From positions 1 through 64,000 of the forward strand of contig LSRY02000043.1 in the NCBI GenBank assembly GCA_001643675.2: DNA of 64,000 bases, read 5' to 3'. The notes beneath the pieces are model-generated. The model searched no databases, was not told where the DNA came from, and saw nothing but the letters and a program-made list of their open reading frames with translations. Made by a program: the position numbers and the translations under genes. Source of the DNA: Monocercomonoides exilis PA203 (taxonomy: Eukaryota > Protista > Preaxostyla). Of this stretch, positions 12,101-22,747 are shown piece after piece; position 1 is the first letter of the stretch; the number at the start of each line of letters is the position of its first letter.

Positions 12101-13952
12101 TTAAAACTGAAAAAAGAGACAACCCAGATGCTTTAAATTCTGTTTGAATTGCTGTACTCATATTGCTTTGGCCATAAACAGTAAAACTGTTTGCTCCACA
12201 ATCAAAACTATTCGTTTCAATTATTGTTCCAGAAAGGACTTCAACATTGGTCACAAAATCCGGAATGAGTTGAGTCAAACAATGGCTGATGGTGCTACAT
12301 GGATGAGACTCATTAATTCCGCATGCATATGTATCTTTGACATTAGGTTGCGTTTCAGTCGAAGAAACAAATCTGGTTCTTCCACCATCATTCCTAAGCC
12401 ATTCACTACGATCAACAATTGAGTCATATTTAATGCTAACTCTGTTTGTTGTTTGCCTTGTTGAATAGCAACTTGTATCAATGTTATTAGATGTTGAGCT
12501 TTGCAGAACAATATCATGTCCTGATCTTCCACATGTGTTATTGTGAAAAAAACAGTAATAAAACAAAATTCCATTATTATTTGCATTAATATGTAGGCAT
12601 ACAGCTCCTCCTCCACACTTTGAATAGCAATAGCAAAACAGGCAATTTGAGGTGATTACTTGATCTGTACAGCCATAATGCTCCATTGCTCCTCCTCCAG
12701 AATTTCCTGAATGTAGCGCGCTGCAATTTGAAAAAGAACAATCCAGAACACAATTTTTCTGTTTTTTGGTCATCGTCTGGCGGAGATCAATTGCACCCGC
12801 ATCGTTTCCTGATGAACAGTTCTGAAAAAAGCAGCAATCAATAAGGGATTGAGTTGATATTTCTTCTGCATTTATTCCTCCACCGCCACAGTCTGTATTT
12901 ATCGATGCGCAAGAGCATTGAATAAATGTTGTGTGTTGAACAATGCATTCAGCGATTTTCAAAGCACAGATTCCTCCACCTCTTGTCGATGAAGCATTGC
13001 ATCTTGTGAATGATGAATTCTCAACTGTGAGAATGGCACTTGCATTGCCATGAACATAAAGAGCTCCTCCTTGTGGGGATGTGCAATCAATCCATTCACA
13101 TAAAGAAAAGGATTGGCTTTCCGTTGTGTTCAGCTTTTCTTTTTTCTTCAAAGCATTTGCTTCTCTTTTCCCGAAGTTTATTGTTGTGTTTTTGCAGACA
13201 AATTCCTGAGAAGAATATGACCCACTCGAAATCCCTCCTTCAAAGACATTCACGCACGAATAAATAAGGCAGTTCTCCATAGAACTCCGAAAACATGAAT
13301 GTTCCGCAAAATGATCACTATTCGCATCATATTTCACAGACATGTTCCTGAAGGCACAATTTATAATCTGTTCGCTTTTGCTCTTCCCTGATAACAGGAA
13401 ATTGTCTGATGTTGAAATAGCCAGATCAGTAATGATGGAATTGCTCAAAACGACTGAATTGGAATCATCATATGAAAATATGAGACTGGATGGGTTAAGA
13501 CTCTTTTTGGGGATCAAAGTCAAATTCACCATGTTAATTGCCCCACTTTGTAAAAGAGACAAAGATTCCGATTTTTGGTGGGAAATGCAGGAATCCAGTG
13601 TTGCACTTGATTTATCTGTTATTAACATCAACGATGAAGACAATTGTTCAAATGCCAAATTTTCGAATCCAATCGAAGAATTGGAAAAATGTAAAAATGT
13701 ATTAACAACTGTAACTATTTTTGGCTTCAATTTTTCTATTCTAGAGAACGTATTCTGTTTAAACAAATAATTGTTATCGAACTTGGATTGAAATTGTGCT
13801 TCATTTGAAATTATTTGACCAAAATAAAAACAGTTATAAGGCAACTGTGCAAGAGAGCTAATTTCAATATTTTTGAATGTATCATTTTGTGCATTGTCGT
13901 GCATAATCAATTCTTCTGCAAACAAAAAACATGCAAATAAAAATAAATGCAT
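6108..13952 (-). CDS. 2614-aa type I membrane protein: parallel beta-helix (pectin-lyase/PMP-like GGA[ILV]) ectodomain, single TM, cytoplasmic pseudokinase
   Basis: Intronless ORF. Hydrophobic N-terminus, many CxA...GGA/GGG repeats, four CGxxxxPCx(T/S) modules and a TM helix (FWLLIIIIMGIILLIVLIVSIIFIV). Kinase C-lobe motifs RWKAPE, VFSIGMMLWECLT, PF and GERP are present, but no GxGxxG, HRD or DFG. Confidence 0.9.
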   Translation of the reverse strand: MHLFLFACFLFAEELIMHDNAQNDTFKNIEISSLAQLPYNCFYFGQIISNEAQFQSKFDNNYLFKQNTFSRIEKLKPKIVTVVNTFLHFSNSSIGFENLAFEQLSSSLMLITDKSSATLDSCISHQKSESLSLLQSGAINMVNLTLIPKKSLNPSSLIFSYDDSNSVVLSNSIITDLAISTSDNFLLSGKSKSEQIINCAFRNMSVKYDANSDHFAEHSCFRSSMENCLIYSCVNVFEGGISSGSYSSQEFVCKNTTINFGKREANALKKKEKLNTTESQSFSLCEWIDCTSPQGGALYVHGNASAILTVENSSFTRCNASSTRGGGICALKIAECIVQHTTFIQCSCASINTDCGGGGINAEEISTQSLIDCCFFQNCSSGNDAGAIDLRQTMTKKQKNCVLDCSFSNCSALHSGNSGGGAMEHYGCTDQVITSNCLFCYCYSKCGGGAVCLHINANNNGILFYYCFFHNNTCGRSGHDIVLQSSTSNNIDTSCYSTRQTTNRVSIKYDSIVDRSEWLRNDGGRTRFVSSTETQPNVKDTYACGINESHPCSTISHCLTQLIPDFVTNVEVLSGTIIETNSFDCGANSFTVYGQSNMSTAIQTEFKASGLSLFSVLTGTLTVSDLILVHDSAHLNNRGSRLFEITGTGEIHISRLNISAGSTQTSETAFSTELINVQNGMFQIEHVNWAKTISTTSLFSLSSTNEISLTLSECTFYGVERTTSGAAVMSFSNDKASIDLNCCIFEGCGSRTSADGGSMMLCVGNGNEVKVKGGSFDGCFCSATYGFGGGILLRLLNENPNFLISSSFGTNTAKWGSCIFVFSPNLEMTAKSQKISCVTDSLDSFDKVRGYDNGNNSVAIPLCIYLLPTPEEIYVSNIESFDHSHCGIVQFPCLTLKHSLTRLAGAKKIIVNGMIIMNDELTFAGQKHEIRGNDDQSGWTVSDASTTSNSALLTATIETELSSLIFSLPSSFSSHSTFVSSSSSSLTLSQCSLTLQDSSSESVSLFLSIASGILTIDSFSALSITLSGNPLISLSGSSTNTELMSTLWFNMTNSNFTDIDRAAGSGGCVSIDNSNDENTDGEINIEECDFDGCSVLADVSRGGAINAKLKGSIQMNIVSCTFTGCTAPAGEEMAGFGGGMALKLIDDYSSFVISSPVFEADKPNAAKYGNDLFVESPNLTKSITNTSLPFVTGHLSDISLNSMRGFDGNDTTNAIPLVNFWISLGSEIFIGSEGCDVCVCGFSDYPCLSMDHSLTRLPEGNERNVNIIGKGYLQKSVDVSGISVKSDESSMCSLECVSSLEGAEGAAMKICGITCFELMKFVIPSSFASGVNVLMHVGSSEGLLTVKDCSFAKKGDEREELTDYGLIKAEGGTVVLEFVTMQLLSFSQDVISVLSTTVLNAKNLTMKNIEVEGASGLSISKGSAGEKRGSNEGEKNINIEWSLFEEVTQDTTENISIIRNENDEPLKMVIRNTTMKRCGGLKCGKGGGMFNVLNEGGSFDCSFCTISECFCSNTGRGGWLFLECTSTAEHPLNFVLSNITFRDNSALRGRDAYVKCHSIDTQIVDEQFLLDFRAPFVKERAIWGCTTDSFVGEEDLLLRVMRYQSETIFVSSVAENHEDSKQCGEFDTPCHSLSFGVQHIIPSLYSQLLILGQTEIVGKCDVHDVTIRSLESPSAALVHLNSTINFNEGSLIRTSGNVRIERLKFSIGQLFSYSGRSVIHEANGQLSLSFVDFSSVGQSENIESVVLNSTLLKVENGNLHIDNCTITMLFFEKPSFLFCGNEISLTNVKLEQIEAKTDIFEIGNCGSVAFNWVVADGMNLSKGCIIAIQDSASGTISIGISSFNNCSRNSEGASVLSVSSSSAYVTFTNCSCSNCISLSDKGSVINVNNASNFSMDLSRFTGALAKESEIEIANAFEEICKWNGSLVHSEGSNLQVNDIKIENSSKGGISIKGGKAVIEMGMLANNNPFIEKYPSLHRNIICSDSASLNISSLKGGDGVMPNSSLWILNDGCSLKGIVEERASPLFIPTLRSVETEEKEGVLGVVFRGTLLLPCNLSFRVVSSVGDVEQIETHEISESGFVSEEEVHGTIGLEMVRGAEASAEVRVCILFGDGHSPSATESFILKNRSEIEQKGDERIVEEGNKEGKSFWLLIIIIMGIILLIVLIVSIIFIVRWKKVKSEAEDLREIVNDNIRKDPKAFEMVTMEMSPEEQWKRAEKEAEKKNDEKIKKRVYAKSLGHSESSEHLLAESGSTEYILGKDSDKIPEWALEKVEEEEETRKRTPSPSISSISSISTTDTDSTFIRPESLCPTTSSMSNLVDAMACSSPHEKLIVDLRDSLFMLLHGRNKTKEMPIGSLKEREQTAAQILFWVANLALHSFDEMENPLSSLANLSPHIVLFSEHMVICIVMHSDCSSDDDSDSSSISSSTVVTSTSDDDDDFLPSSAFEDEDDFKKECLRWKAPELQMNKKMGATKESVVFSIGMMLWECLTLDVPFGEYEAEVAGQKIVNGERPNMKKVEGSRLKGVVEKSVLVQTPDRVSLSSMKREFIGLFPANAAMLTATDALCYAGDSNEERRENCFQRDSRIVECVLNEENKDNIIVGEGNSPNNKYERN

Positions 13953-14855
13953 GCTAAGTCAGAGAAATCTTCCACAACGAAACAAAAAAATATGTTATGC
14001 ACATGATCAAACAATATCCTCAAAAAAAACTAAATATTTCTGATGAGAAACTTATTAAGTATAGTATGCGCATATTAATTATATAGTGATTAAAGAATTT
14101 AAATTTATTTTTTATTTTAATAATCAAAATTATTTAAACTCCACTTAAACATTTTGATGATGAATATTATTGTGATTCCAATCTGCTCAGAGAAATGAAA
14201 ACAGTGAAAATGAATAAACTGACGCATGCGCAATTATTCTATCTGAATCTCACGGGAGGGTAGAGAGTGTAATTTATGAAGTCAAGTGATTGAAACATGA
14301 CGTAGTTATTGGATCTACACATATTTTTTTTTGACAAATAGCAAAAACTGAACGAATGTGAAGAGAGAATGAGAATCTCATTTTTCACAGAAAAGTGTGA
14401 AATTGAAGAGTTTTAAGGAAGAAAGACAGGCAAAAGGGTGATTGGTGAATCTGTTGATAAAGTCATTCAAATGAGGAAGAGGAAGAAGAAGATGCACAGA
14501 GAATAGAGATAAATAAAAATTTGGGCTTTAGCAAATGGAGAAAGGAAGGCAGACAAAGAACTTGCACAACGCTATCATTTGAGCCTTTCAATTGTGCTTG
14601 TGGTATTAACCACCACTGCTTTGGAGAATGGAGCAGCAAATCTTTGTTTCTGAGGAGCCTTCTAAAAGAGTCAAATAGCCTGTAATTTTTATCGTTGGGT
14701 ATCCAAATTGTGTTGATAGTGATTTCATCTCTCTCAGATTCTGAATTGATCTTTTCACTCGCATTTCATTCGATTCATTTGACGTTTGTCGAGAATGTTT
14801 CACGAATAGAAAAATCTTCTTCATCTTCTCATTAATATCGCTTTTGTCATCGCCT

Positions 14856-14906
14856 TCTTCTTCTTCTTCTTCTTCTTCTTCTTCTTCTTCTTCTTCTTCT
14901 TCTTCT
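14856..14906. repeat. (TTC)n microsatellite
   Basis: Directly visible. Confidence 0.9.
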
Positions 14907-15059
14907 ACCTCTATATCATTGTCATTGTCATCATTATTACAATTAACATCATCATTATTACAATTCTCCTTCTCTTCTCCTTCTCCTTCTCCTTCTTCTC
15001 ATTTCAACTCCTCACCTGAAAAAACCAATTTCTCATTCATTTTCCCTTCGCTCGAGAAC

Positions 15060-18000
15060 TGAGAGCTTTCGCGGCTGGTTGATCTTTCTGATCCTAATGT
15101 GGATGTTGTGTTTTATCACATGCAGAGCTGCCAGCAGACGTGATGTGGTATCTGAAAAAGCTTCTTGTGGCAGAAGCAGTGCAGCAGTCATCTCTTCACT
15201 CAGCGCCTTTGTCTTCTTCCTCTTCTTTAGTTGGAACAGCTCGTCTGACTGTTTCGCCATTCAGAAGGCGGAGAAACGAAGAGAAGAAGGCAGCAGAAGT
15301 TGAGAAGTCATTTTCATCTTCATCATCAGCGCCTGCGATTGACCCTTCGGATGCATCTGCGGTTGCGGCGTCATACACATCGGCAGGAGCGATGAACGAC
15401 ATCGAGAGGCGGCTGGGGCGTATGAAAATCACAGATAGTCGTTACTGAGGGAGCAAAGACGCTTTGAGGGATATAGCTTGACACAGCTGGTTGTGTTGAT
15501 GGGGGTGTAGTTTGTGAATACGATGTTGCATTTTTGGAGATGCTTTCGGTTCCGCTGGTGGCGCCGCTTCAGTCGCTTGCAGTGTCGGTGGGCACGAAGT
15601 CGGGGAGAAAGCGGATCTTTGCAGCGGCAGATGTGGATGTTCATTCTTCAATCTACGATCTGTTTGACCCGTCACTGCAGATATGGCGATCTCCGCAGTC
15701 GAGGCATGCGGAGTGATGAAGCTGGTCAACAAAATGAGGAGGCGAATGGTTGCAGTGAATGAAGTGGGAGAGATTGCGGAGAAGGCACTGGAGGCGGTGG
15801 AGCAGAGGGGCTGATGATGGAAGATGTGGTTCTGCCGCATGCAGCGATTGTGCTGCATTTGCTGGAAGAAGGAAAAGAAGAAGAAGAAGAAGAAGAAGAA
15901 GTTATAAAAAGGAAAAGGAGGAGAATATGATGAGCGGGCTGACAGAGCAGCTGCAGGAGAAGGACAAGATCATCTGGATGCAGCAGAGGAAGATTCTGGA
16001 GCTGAGTGAGAAGCACAACGCAGAGGTGAAGGAGTTGAAGGAGCTGCAAGAGCAGCTGATGGAAATGAAGGAGAAGAATGAACTTTCGGATGTGGTGATT
16101 ATGAAGGAAAAGTCTCGTACGCAGCATGACGAAGTTGTGAGTGGACAGCGTGGACACGCTGGTGATGTCGGTGTTGTAGCTTGCCACGTCTACTCCGTCA
16201 GTTTCCGTGTGTGGCATGATGATTCCGTCTTCAGCTTAGTTGATCTTGCCTTCAGGGCTGCGTGAAAAGAACCAAGAAAAGTTTTCCACGAGTATCGGAG
16301 ATGACAGCGTTGTGATGCTTGGTCCGAATCCAAGCTTGAAGGAGCTTTCTGTGAAAGTGGAGAGTCTGGCGAGTGCAGCGAGAGAGGCAAATAGTGGTGA
16401 TGGAGGAGGAGACGGATGTGAAGGAACAAAGTTAGAGACAAGCAGGAGGTTGGAGAAGAACGGCATTGGGACAAATGGAAGTGGGGGAGGTAGCATTGGT
16501 GGTATTTGTGGTGAAGGAGAGTGGAAGCAACTGTGCGGCAGAAGATGAACAAGATGGAGAAGGAAAATGAAGATGCTGACGAAGCTGAAGTAATGCAGGA
16601 GCAGACGATAAATGTGCAGAAGGTGCTTTTCAAGAAGGTTATTGCAAAGCAGCAGATGGAGCTGCGTTTAAAATTAGCAGGTGCAGAAGAAAATGAATGC
16701 GTCGTATGAAGAGACGGTGCCGCGCCTGGTTGGGTAGGTGAATGAGCAGGAGGAGCAGGTTGGGCTTGGGGACTTTGGAGGTGGCAAGGAAGGCGGGGCA
16801 GAGGAGAAAGATGAGAAGGAGAAGGATGTGGCGAGGAGGAGGAAAATCAAAAGTTGAGGCGGAAAATACCATGAAGCTGAGGAAGGTGAAAAGGGAGAAG
16901 AAATAGATGAGAGCGCGCCGCATGGGTTTCCTCTATCGCAGTGTGAAGATCTAACGAAAGAGTGAAAGGACTGGATGCTAGCTGTTGTTCCATATTGTGA
17001 AGAAAAAGGGGTGGGGAAGGCGATTATTGTGCAGCGGCTGTACATGCTTCTTGAGCAGACGACAGACAACAGAGACCGAGAAGAGTCGAAGTGATCTGCT
17101 GCGCATTTTTGTGGATCTGGGGCAGGGTTGTCTGTGGCAGGCGGGGCGCCTTTGCCAAATGGGAAGACAGAGATGAAGCGGCTGATGAGCACGGCGTCAG
17201 GTGTGCTGGGGCAAGTGGCGTTCAAAACTGTGCACGTGCTTCGGATGCCACCCATACTGCGGTTGTCTGTGCAGATGGAGCGGCTGAAGACGGGGCTGCA
17301 GCCGTCACTTGTGTGGACGCTTTCGATGATCCGAGGGATATACTGAGACAAGACAGAGGCAGATCCGGGTAGGGGCAGGGATAGGTTAACAGGGATTGGT
17401 GAACTTTGTGTACATGTAGCTGGGGGAGAAGCACGCGGAGCAGAAGAAGAGTGAAGGTGCGTGATGGACGATTGTCTATCGGATGGAGCTTTTCTGGAAG
17501 TACTTTGCGGAGGTGTGCCTGTTTGGAAAGTTTGTGCAGGAGGAGTTCATGGAAGACGAGCTGTTGTTCTTCCTGTACTTCTATTCGGTGCTGTTTGAAG
17601 GGGCGCTGCTGCAGCCGATGGAGGAGAGCGATAACTTTCTGTTGGTTTCGTTCCGGATGTGCCGTAAGTGCAACAGCATTGTGGTTGAAGTGGCGTTGAA
17701 GAAGAAGATACAGATGTTTCTGGGGGTAGTATGAGAAGGTACAGTCAAAGACGGGAATGGAAGACGCGTCTGTTCTTTTGCGGCTTTTGATGAATAACAG
17801 CCGGGCAGAAGCAGCAAAGCGTAAAGAAAAGACGATGAAGGCGCTGCATGATTCAAGACGTAGGGGCTTTCCATTGACTTCATCAACTTCATCAACAACA
17901 TTATCGGGGGCAGTGTGTAGAGGGATCACATACTCGAAGCTGGAGTCTCTTTTGTGTGTGTGTGTTATCCACAGAAGCCGCAGGCGCTGTCGCTGCGGAT

Positions 18001-18522
18001 CTTTAGGGATGCGTACTGGCTGTCTGGCTGCTGTCTGCCATCGTTTGCGTCTGTGCCGGAGGCGTTTCAGCACAACGACTTCTTCACGCTGTGCCTGCGG
18101 CTTCTGGATGTGTGCGATGCAGCAGACCGAAGTGTACCTCTGAAGGAGTCTGAGAACAGCGCAGTTGTGAAGACGATGAGCCTGGGCTTGGCGCTGCTGA
18201 AGTAGGTGCTGGACAACCGGGCGCGGATGCTTTCGGGGGCGTCGGTGGGGAGTTGGCAGGGGCAAGGGAAGGTGCAGGGGCAGGGCTGAAGCGGTTGGGA
18301 GGAAAGAAGGCGGAAGGTGCTGTTCCGGATGGCGCAGCTGCTGGCAGTGCAAGTGGAGCTGCAGCCAGGGAAGAACGAGATGGAAGGGGTAATCTGCTTT
18401 CGGCTGCTGACTGTTTAAGGGCAGAAAGTGATGCAGTTTCACGAGACGATAGCATCGAAGAGGGAAGAGGAGCCGCGTCTTTCTATGTTTCACAATTATC
18501 GGCTTCTTCAGCTCAATATTAA
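15060..18522 (+). pseudogene. Decayed GC-rich gene for a coiled-coil protein, possibly with a TSNAXIP1-like C-terminal domain
   Basis: Protein-like segments in shifting frames (MMSGLTEQLQEKDKIIW..., WTLSMIRGIY*DK, LFGKFVQEEFMEDELLFFLY) interrupted by many TAG/TGA stops and frameshifts. GC is much higher than in the flanks. The family guess is from motif memory only. Confidence 0.6.
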
Positions 18523-18974
18523 TAAGTTCTGAGTTCGAAAGAGATGACTATTAACAATTCACATCAATCTTTTGAGTGAGCATTGGATGGGAACTTTCAT
18601 TTGATTTCCATGTTCACTTTTTCATCGGTGTTATTGTCTTCATCAAAGTCAACTTATTTTCTTTATTCTTTCATTTTTATCTCCTTTTTCTTATCGCATC
18701 CATTTCCTTTCAAAAAATATTTTGAAAGAAGCAAATATTTGATAAACGTCTAGAATGCAAAGTCTTCTTTTAACACTGTATTGAACTAAATGCATAATAA
18801 ACAGAAGAAGAAGAAGAGGAAGAGGAAGAGGAAGAAGAAAAAGAGGAAGAAGAGGAAGAAGAAGAAAAAGAAGAAGAAAAGGAAGAAGAGGAAGAGGAAG
18901 AATATGAATAAGAAGAAGATCTTGTTCTGCTCAATGGAACAAGAGGAGAAGAAGGGCGGAATAAACCAGGAACA

Positions 18975-19100
18975 GAAGAAGAAGAAGAAGAAGAAGAAGA
19001 AGAAGAAGAAGAAGAAGAAGAAGAAGAAGAAGAAGAAGAAGAAGAAGAAGAAGAAGAAGAAGAAGAAGAAGAAGAAGAAGAAGAAGAAGAAGAAGAAGAA
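18975..19100. repeat. Pure (GAA)~42 trinucleotide tract, preceded by a degenerate GAR tract (18803-18900)
   Basis: Directly visible. Confidence 0.97.
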
Positions 19101-21249
19101 GGGGAAGGAGAAATAGAAAGATTGATGAATGTAAGGAGCAAACACTTCGCTTCAATCAGCTCTGTAAAAGCAGGAAATAATACATGAAGGTGTAATTCTG
19201 AAAGAAGTTAGCTTTTCTCTGTACATACTCAACTCTGCGGTTATAATGATCTTTGGTTGAACAGCGTCTGTGTTTTATTCCACGTTTTTCATATTTCTTC
19301 TCTTCCTTTCTTCTTAACAGAAGACACTTTGAGAACGAGAATGAAAAGCGTTGGATAAAAAATAATGCAGGAAAAAAAGATTGGAAAATTTCTGTTGATT
19401 GGCCGGAAGAATGTGAAGATAGAAGAAAAAGAAATAACCCTTGAGATATTTGCCTTTGATTTCTCCTCAAGCAATGGATGAATGTTACATTTGCAAAGAA
19501 AAAATGAAGTATCAATCTGCTTCCGGTATTCCTTCAGAAAGTGCAATTGCTTCCCTTTCTGCCATCTGAACAGTTGAAGTGTTTGAACCAGCAATGCTTC
19601 AATAATTATTTTCAGCTGATTTGTCTCTTCTCAAATACAACATCAAACTTTTCATCTCAGCCTATTACTATTCAGTAAGAAAGACACATTGACTGTGGCA
19701 AAAGATTTCCTGTAATTCAATTCTCTTTTAATAAATCGCAGTGCTCTGAGCAAGAAAAGCGAAAAAAAATGAAAACTTTGAGTATTCCTTCTTGTTGTAT
19801 GTCGAAAAAACATTTTTTGATTTAACGCATCAAAATAAGGATAAGGAACTGATCTTTATTCATCTGTGAAGCTGCAGAAAAGAATGTAGAATTCGTTGAG
19901 GGGCTTATAAGACAGATTTTGCAATATTTCCAACATAAGAACCAGAACAGCCAAGCTGATGTTAGAACAAATTGTTGTGGTTGTGAATAAAGGCTATTTA
20001 ATTTTACTACTGCTGTGCAAGCAAAAAAAAAGATCAGAGATGTTATCTGTGAAGGCCATAGTGAATTAGAAGAAACATTCTGAGAGTTTCGAATGAGAAA
20101 TGGCAAAAAAGGCATCGTTATTCTTTCAATTATGTAAAAAGCAGTCAAAAATAGGACATTGGAGACATTCAAAGGGATATCCATTCATTTTTGTGCCATT
20201 GTTGTAAGATGTGTCCACAGAAATCCAACGAATGGTTTCTGGTTTGACCCGAGAAGAGTAAGTTTGTGCAAAAATGAATAATTGGCAAAGAATCAGAGTG
20301 TCTTTTGCTCTCTTCATTCTTTTTGGTCAAAAACTGAATTCTCTGATTATTTCTCCTAAACCTTTTGGAAAATAGCAGTAAAATATTATTCCCTCAAATG
20401 CTTTTTGAATGCTGCTATGGAGGAAATATTTTTTGTTTATCTCATTTGAACATCATACAATAGGGGGAAAAAATGTCTTTGAGGTGTAAGAGGCGTGATA
20501 AACCTCAAAGAAAAAAATTAAGTCTCACTTATTGTTTCCGTTCCTTCAATCATGAACCCCAATGTCTTTAACGTTAAAGATGGCCTTTAAGAATTTATAT
20601 TATTTGTTCATTTCACATTGAAAGCAATTTTCCATTTCCTTCAACCATTCAATTTGCCATTGAATTACATTCTTTTGAAAAGAACGCAAACATATTTGTT
20701 CAATCAATTCTTTTGTATTTTCTACTCTTTTTCCTTCAAAGATTCCAATAAGCTATCTTGAATGAAAATTGAAAATGAAAGTGGAAAAAATACAAAACAT
20801 AAATAAAACATAACTATTCGAGTATACAAACATTTTGTGCATTTGCTTCAAGCTTTAAACGCTTCGCAAAATGAAGAAATTTTCTTTTCTTTTCGGGAAT
20901 TCGGTTGTCTGCTTTCGTTCTTTCCTTTATCAATTCCATTATTATATTAGGTATAAGTTTAACTCCAAATCAAGAAGAAATGCGCTTCATGAAACAAATT
21001 GAACGAAAAATTGAAGAATTATTTTCCATTTTAAATTATTATTTATTTGATCAAAATGTTATTTTGTTTTTTTTTCTTGGTCTGTTTCGATAAGTTCTTA
21101 ACTTCGTTGAATATATATATATTTCATGAAATTCATAAAAAAGGTTTTTTTTAACTAATGTTAAAAGCGTCTCATTTTGCAAGATAAATAACAATGTTAG
21201 TATTTGTCTTTTATTTTTTGAAGTGAAAGTACAAATTTGTTCAAAAATA

Positions 21250-22546
21250 GAAATGTCAATTATGAGCAGAATGATTTCATGTTCCGTTGATAATCTTGTT
21301 TTTGGAAATTGAGAGATATCTTCTATGAAAAGTATTCTTTTTAATTATTATTAGATTATTTCTTTGAATGTTCAACATCTTATATTTAAGTTTATTTTAA
21401 AGAACTTTTTACTGATCTTGGACATTGCAGCGTGGATGAACAGAAAGAGAAAATTGTTGAAATGAATATTTTCAGGATGAAATGAATGAATACGAACTCG
21501 AATCAATTTTCAGAACCAATTTTTTCAAAGAATTTGATAAAATGGTTGAAGAATAGAAATTTTCGATGAAGTGTATCCTCGTTTTGCTGAAGTAAATGGG
21601 ATATTGCAATTAGCTGAAAAGAATTTTCCCTCGAAACTTTGAAGAATCTTTGTTGAACAAAAGATTCGAAAAGATGATCATAAATGAAGAAAAGATAAAT
21701 AGAAAAGAAAAGAACGAAAAGTTTCTGATCGATCTTTGTGAGTGCTTTTTGATTTTGTGCATCAACTGTATTTCAGAGGAATAACTTTCGATTTATGTGT
21801 AATATCTTCTGAAAGCTGCATTGAAGAAAGAGAAAAACGAGGAAACACAAAAAGAAATGGAAATGGCTTTACTGGTTTTGATCCGTGTTTGGATGTGGAA
21901 GGTATGAAATAGAATTTTCTTTGTTAATTTATTGCTTTCATTCTCGTTTTTCATAAGTATTTTGTACAAGAACTGTATCTGAATGAAATCAAAGAGATTA
22001 TGAAATGTAATCAAGCGCATCGTCATCTGACACGACTTGCGTATCAGTCTGCTTGGAAGTTTTTGATTAAGAGATTATACAAAGAAAGAGAGCTGGAATG
22101 AGTAATTGTGAATGAGCTACATTTTGTGAAAAAAGCAAGAAGAGAACAGGAAGAAATGATGAAATGCGAATTGGAAGAGAAAAGAAGAGGAAATAGGAGA
22201 AAAAGAAAGAGGAGAACCGAAAATCCTCAAGCGATGGCTTAATACGATGGCGTTTTTCTTTGAATACTGTCTGTTATGGAATGAAGACTTTGTTATGCTT
22301 TTTAGCAACATAGCGAGAATGCTTCGAGCTACAAGAGAGAATAAAAGAGTAATTAGCCATTGGTACATTTATTTCATTAGCAATGCAGTCGAAAGCAGGG
22401 CTATGATGATTGATGACTTTCTGAAAGGTGGAACAGCCGATTCTGAATTGGATGAGATTTCGCGGTCAACGATGAATGAAGGCATAAAAATGATAACTTA
22501 TCAATTTTTTGTAGTTCGAATGTTTTTCATCATTCTTTTAATCTGA
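21250..22546 (+). pseudogene. Decayed copy of an expanded alpha-helical multigene family (EETQKEMEMALL motif)
   Basis: Homologous to 27400-28859 (shared GAAACACAAAAAGAAATGGAAATGGCTTT, IVNELHF, LWNE, KGG), with multiple in-frame stops and frameshifts. 5' boundary approximate. Confidence 0.8.
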
Positions 22547-22747
22547 TAATAAGTTGAAATGTTTGTTGCAAAAAAATCACATTTCAAAGTAATTAAAATT
22601 AAATACATAGGAGAATTACAAATTTTTCAAGAATAGTTAGACAAGAAAAAAATACTAATATAAAAATTCCAAAGTTTCAAAAATAATAAAAATACAAAAA
22701 AAGAAAAAGAGTAATAACTTTCGAAAACGATATCATTCGACAGAAAT

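Noticed and set aside
6307-13770. Many plus-strand ORFs overlapping the giant gene (also 32462-38647)
   Set aside because: Antisense shadows of long coding sequence with no independent motifs.
17222-18493. 423-aa minus-strand ORF
   Set aside because: Antisense to the GC-rich plus-strand pseudogene, with a composition typical of a shadow frame.
18770-19155. Poly-K/F/S/L ORFs
   Set aside because: Translations of the GAA microsatellite.
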